DNA from: an uncultured Thermoplasmatales archaeon
GTDB lineage: Archaea; Thermoplasmatota; SW-10-69-26; JACQPN01; CAZDGP01
Length of the DNA: 64,000 nucleotides
Reading direction: 5' to 3'
NCBI GenBank assembly: GCA_964505085.1
Contig: CAZDGP010000002.1
Coordinates: 32,421 to 96,420, forward strand
In this document: positions 63,073 to 64,000 of the stretch, one piece after another
How positions within the stretch are numbered: position 1 is the stretch's first letter
How the letters are laid out: each line of letters opens with the position of its first letter
Program-made: the position numbers and the translations under genes
The notes under the pieces: generated by a model
Database searches by the model: none
What the model was told of the DNA's origin: nothing
Seen by the model: the letters and a program-made list of their open reading frames with translations, nothing else

Positions 63073-63103
63073 AACCTATAGGGACCTATAGGGCCCTATA
63101 GGT
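63073..63103. repeat. Three tandem 10-bp-phased palindromic CCTATAGG units (ACCTATAGGG ACCTATAGGG CCCTATAGGT) between the convergent zupT and nfo genes.
   Basis: Seen directly. Each 8-mer is self-complementary. Confidence 0.55.
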
Positions 63104-63130
63104 GCGATGCTGGTTGGGGCCTCAGACGCA

Positions 63131-63967
63131 CTACGCGCGAAGGCTCCGCAAGGTCTCCAGGTCCTGCACGTACGTGTCCGCCGAGGTCTCCAGGTACCCG
63201 GGGGTCCCCTCGAACCGTGGATCGTTGAGGAGGCGCTCGAAGCATCCGGTGCCGATCTCGCCCTCGCCGATGGCGGCGTGGCCGTCCTTCTCGCTCTCGA
63301 AGGGGTTGCGGGCGTCGTTGAGGTGGAAGGCCTTGAGCTTCTCGAGCCCCACGAGGTCGTCGAACGTCTGGAAGGTCTCCTCGTACCCCTTCGCCTCGTG
63401 GATGGGGTACCCGGCGACGAAGGTGTGGCACGTGTCGAAGCAGACGCCCACGCGCTCCGGGTCCGAGACCATGTCGATGATGTCCGCGAGCTCCTGGAAG
63501 CTCCGCCCCACCTGCGTGCCCGCCCCCGGCATCGTCTCGATGAGGGGGATGGCGTCCACGTCCCCCGCGTCCTCCAGCGCCTGGTCGATGCCCGCCGCCA
63601 CGCGCTCGAGACCGCCCTCGCGGGACCCGGACTTGTGGCTGCCGGGGTGGAAGCAGACCCAGGGGATGCCCAGGGCGTCGGCGCGGGTGAGCTCGATCTT
63701 GAGCTGCTCCACGCCCTTCGCCCACTGGTCGTCGTCGGGGCTGGCGATGTTGATGAGGTACATGGCGTGGACGAGGCTCGGGCCCAGATCCCGCGCCTCC
63801 ATCTCCCGCTGCCACGCCTCCACGTCCTCGGGGCTCAGGGGGTCCACCTTGTACCCGCGGGGGTTCCGCGTGAAGACCTGGATGACCTCGCAATCGTAGT
63901 CCTCGGTTCCGCTGACGGGGGCGTTCTGTACGCCGCCGGAGATGCTCACGTGGGCGCCGACGAGCAT
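63131..63967 (-). CDS. nfo: Endonuclease IV (AP endonuclease, Nfo).
   Basis: GAHVSISGG..VFTRNPRG..FHPGSH..CFDTCHTFVAGY..AFHLNDA. All Endo IV metal-binding motifs are present. Confidence 0.9.
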   Translation of the reverse strand: MLVGAHVSISGGVQNAPVSGTEDYDCEVIQVFTRNPRGYKVDPLSPEDVEAWQREMEARDLGPSLVHAMYLINIASPDDDQWAKGVEQLKIELTRADALGIPWVCFHPGSHKSGSREGGLERVAAGIDQALEDAGDVDAIPLIETMPGAGTQVGRSFQELADIIDMVSDPERVGVCFDTCHTFVAGYPIHEAKGYEETFQTFDDLVGLEKLKAFHLNDARNPFESEKDGHAAIGEGEIGTGCFERLLNDPRFEGTPGYLETSADTYVQDLETLRSLRA

Positions 63968-64000
63968 GGTGACCGCTCCCGGGAACGGGGTTCCCCCCTT

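Noticed and set aside
63073-63103. Possible CRISPR array (tandem CCTATAGGG).
   Set aside because: Repeat units are 10 bp with no spacers, and there are no cas genes in the window. It is a palindromic motif array, not CRISPR.

Overview
This is a high-GC (about 70 percent) archaeal chromosomal segment. The evidence is aEF-2 (with the S12-S7-EF2 str cluster), AglB oligosaccharyltransferase with the WWDYG motif, an archaeal-type triosephosphate isomerase, class-III-signal-peptide pilins, and BRE/TATA promoters with mostly leaderless starts. The six-frame track is dominated by spurious Arg/Pro/Gly-rich antisense ORFs, so genes were called from protein-level plausibility, tight operon overlaps (ATGA/GTGA), and recurring promoter motifs. 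Housekeeping and accessory genes called include two M14 carboxypeptidases, OsmC, two tandem ArsM-like methyltransferases, a divergent sensor-kinase/response-regulator cluster, an MFS transporter, mdh, ALDH7-like, PiT phosphate permease, cysteine desulfurase, APC-UspA permease, TruA, SDR, GCS2 ligase plus class-II amidotransferase, TIM, HPS-RraA fusion, EF-2/S7/S12, CoxI/III/II, AglB, sirtuin, a DtxR-multicopper oxidase-ZIP-ZupT metal operon, and Endo IV. The most interesting block is a roughly 12.5 kb plus-strand locus (9.1-21.5 kb) that combines a type IV pilus-like machine with three large pilin-like proteins (Pilin_N-type N-termini, PKD repeats), a FlaI/TadA-type ATPase, and a TadC/FlaJ-like membrane component split into two genes. 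Upstream of these sits an unusual regulatory trio: a Roadblock/LC7 (MglB-like) protein, a fusion of a degenerate KaiC-like pseudo-ATPase domain to a canonical Ras-like small GTPase, and an intact KaiC/FlaH-like ATPase. There are also several families of short palindromic non-coding elements (CCTATAGG arrays with 10-bp phasing; hairpin pairs with compensatory substitutions in the S7-EF2 spacer; perfect hairpins overlapping stop codons), a candidate roughly 350-nt structured ncRNA with its own TATA box, and a bidirectional TATA flanked by twin operator-like inverted repeats.
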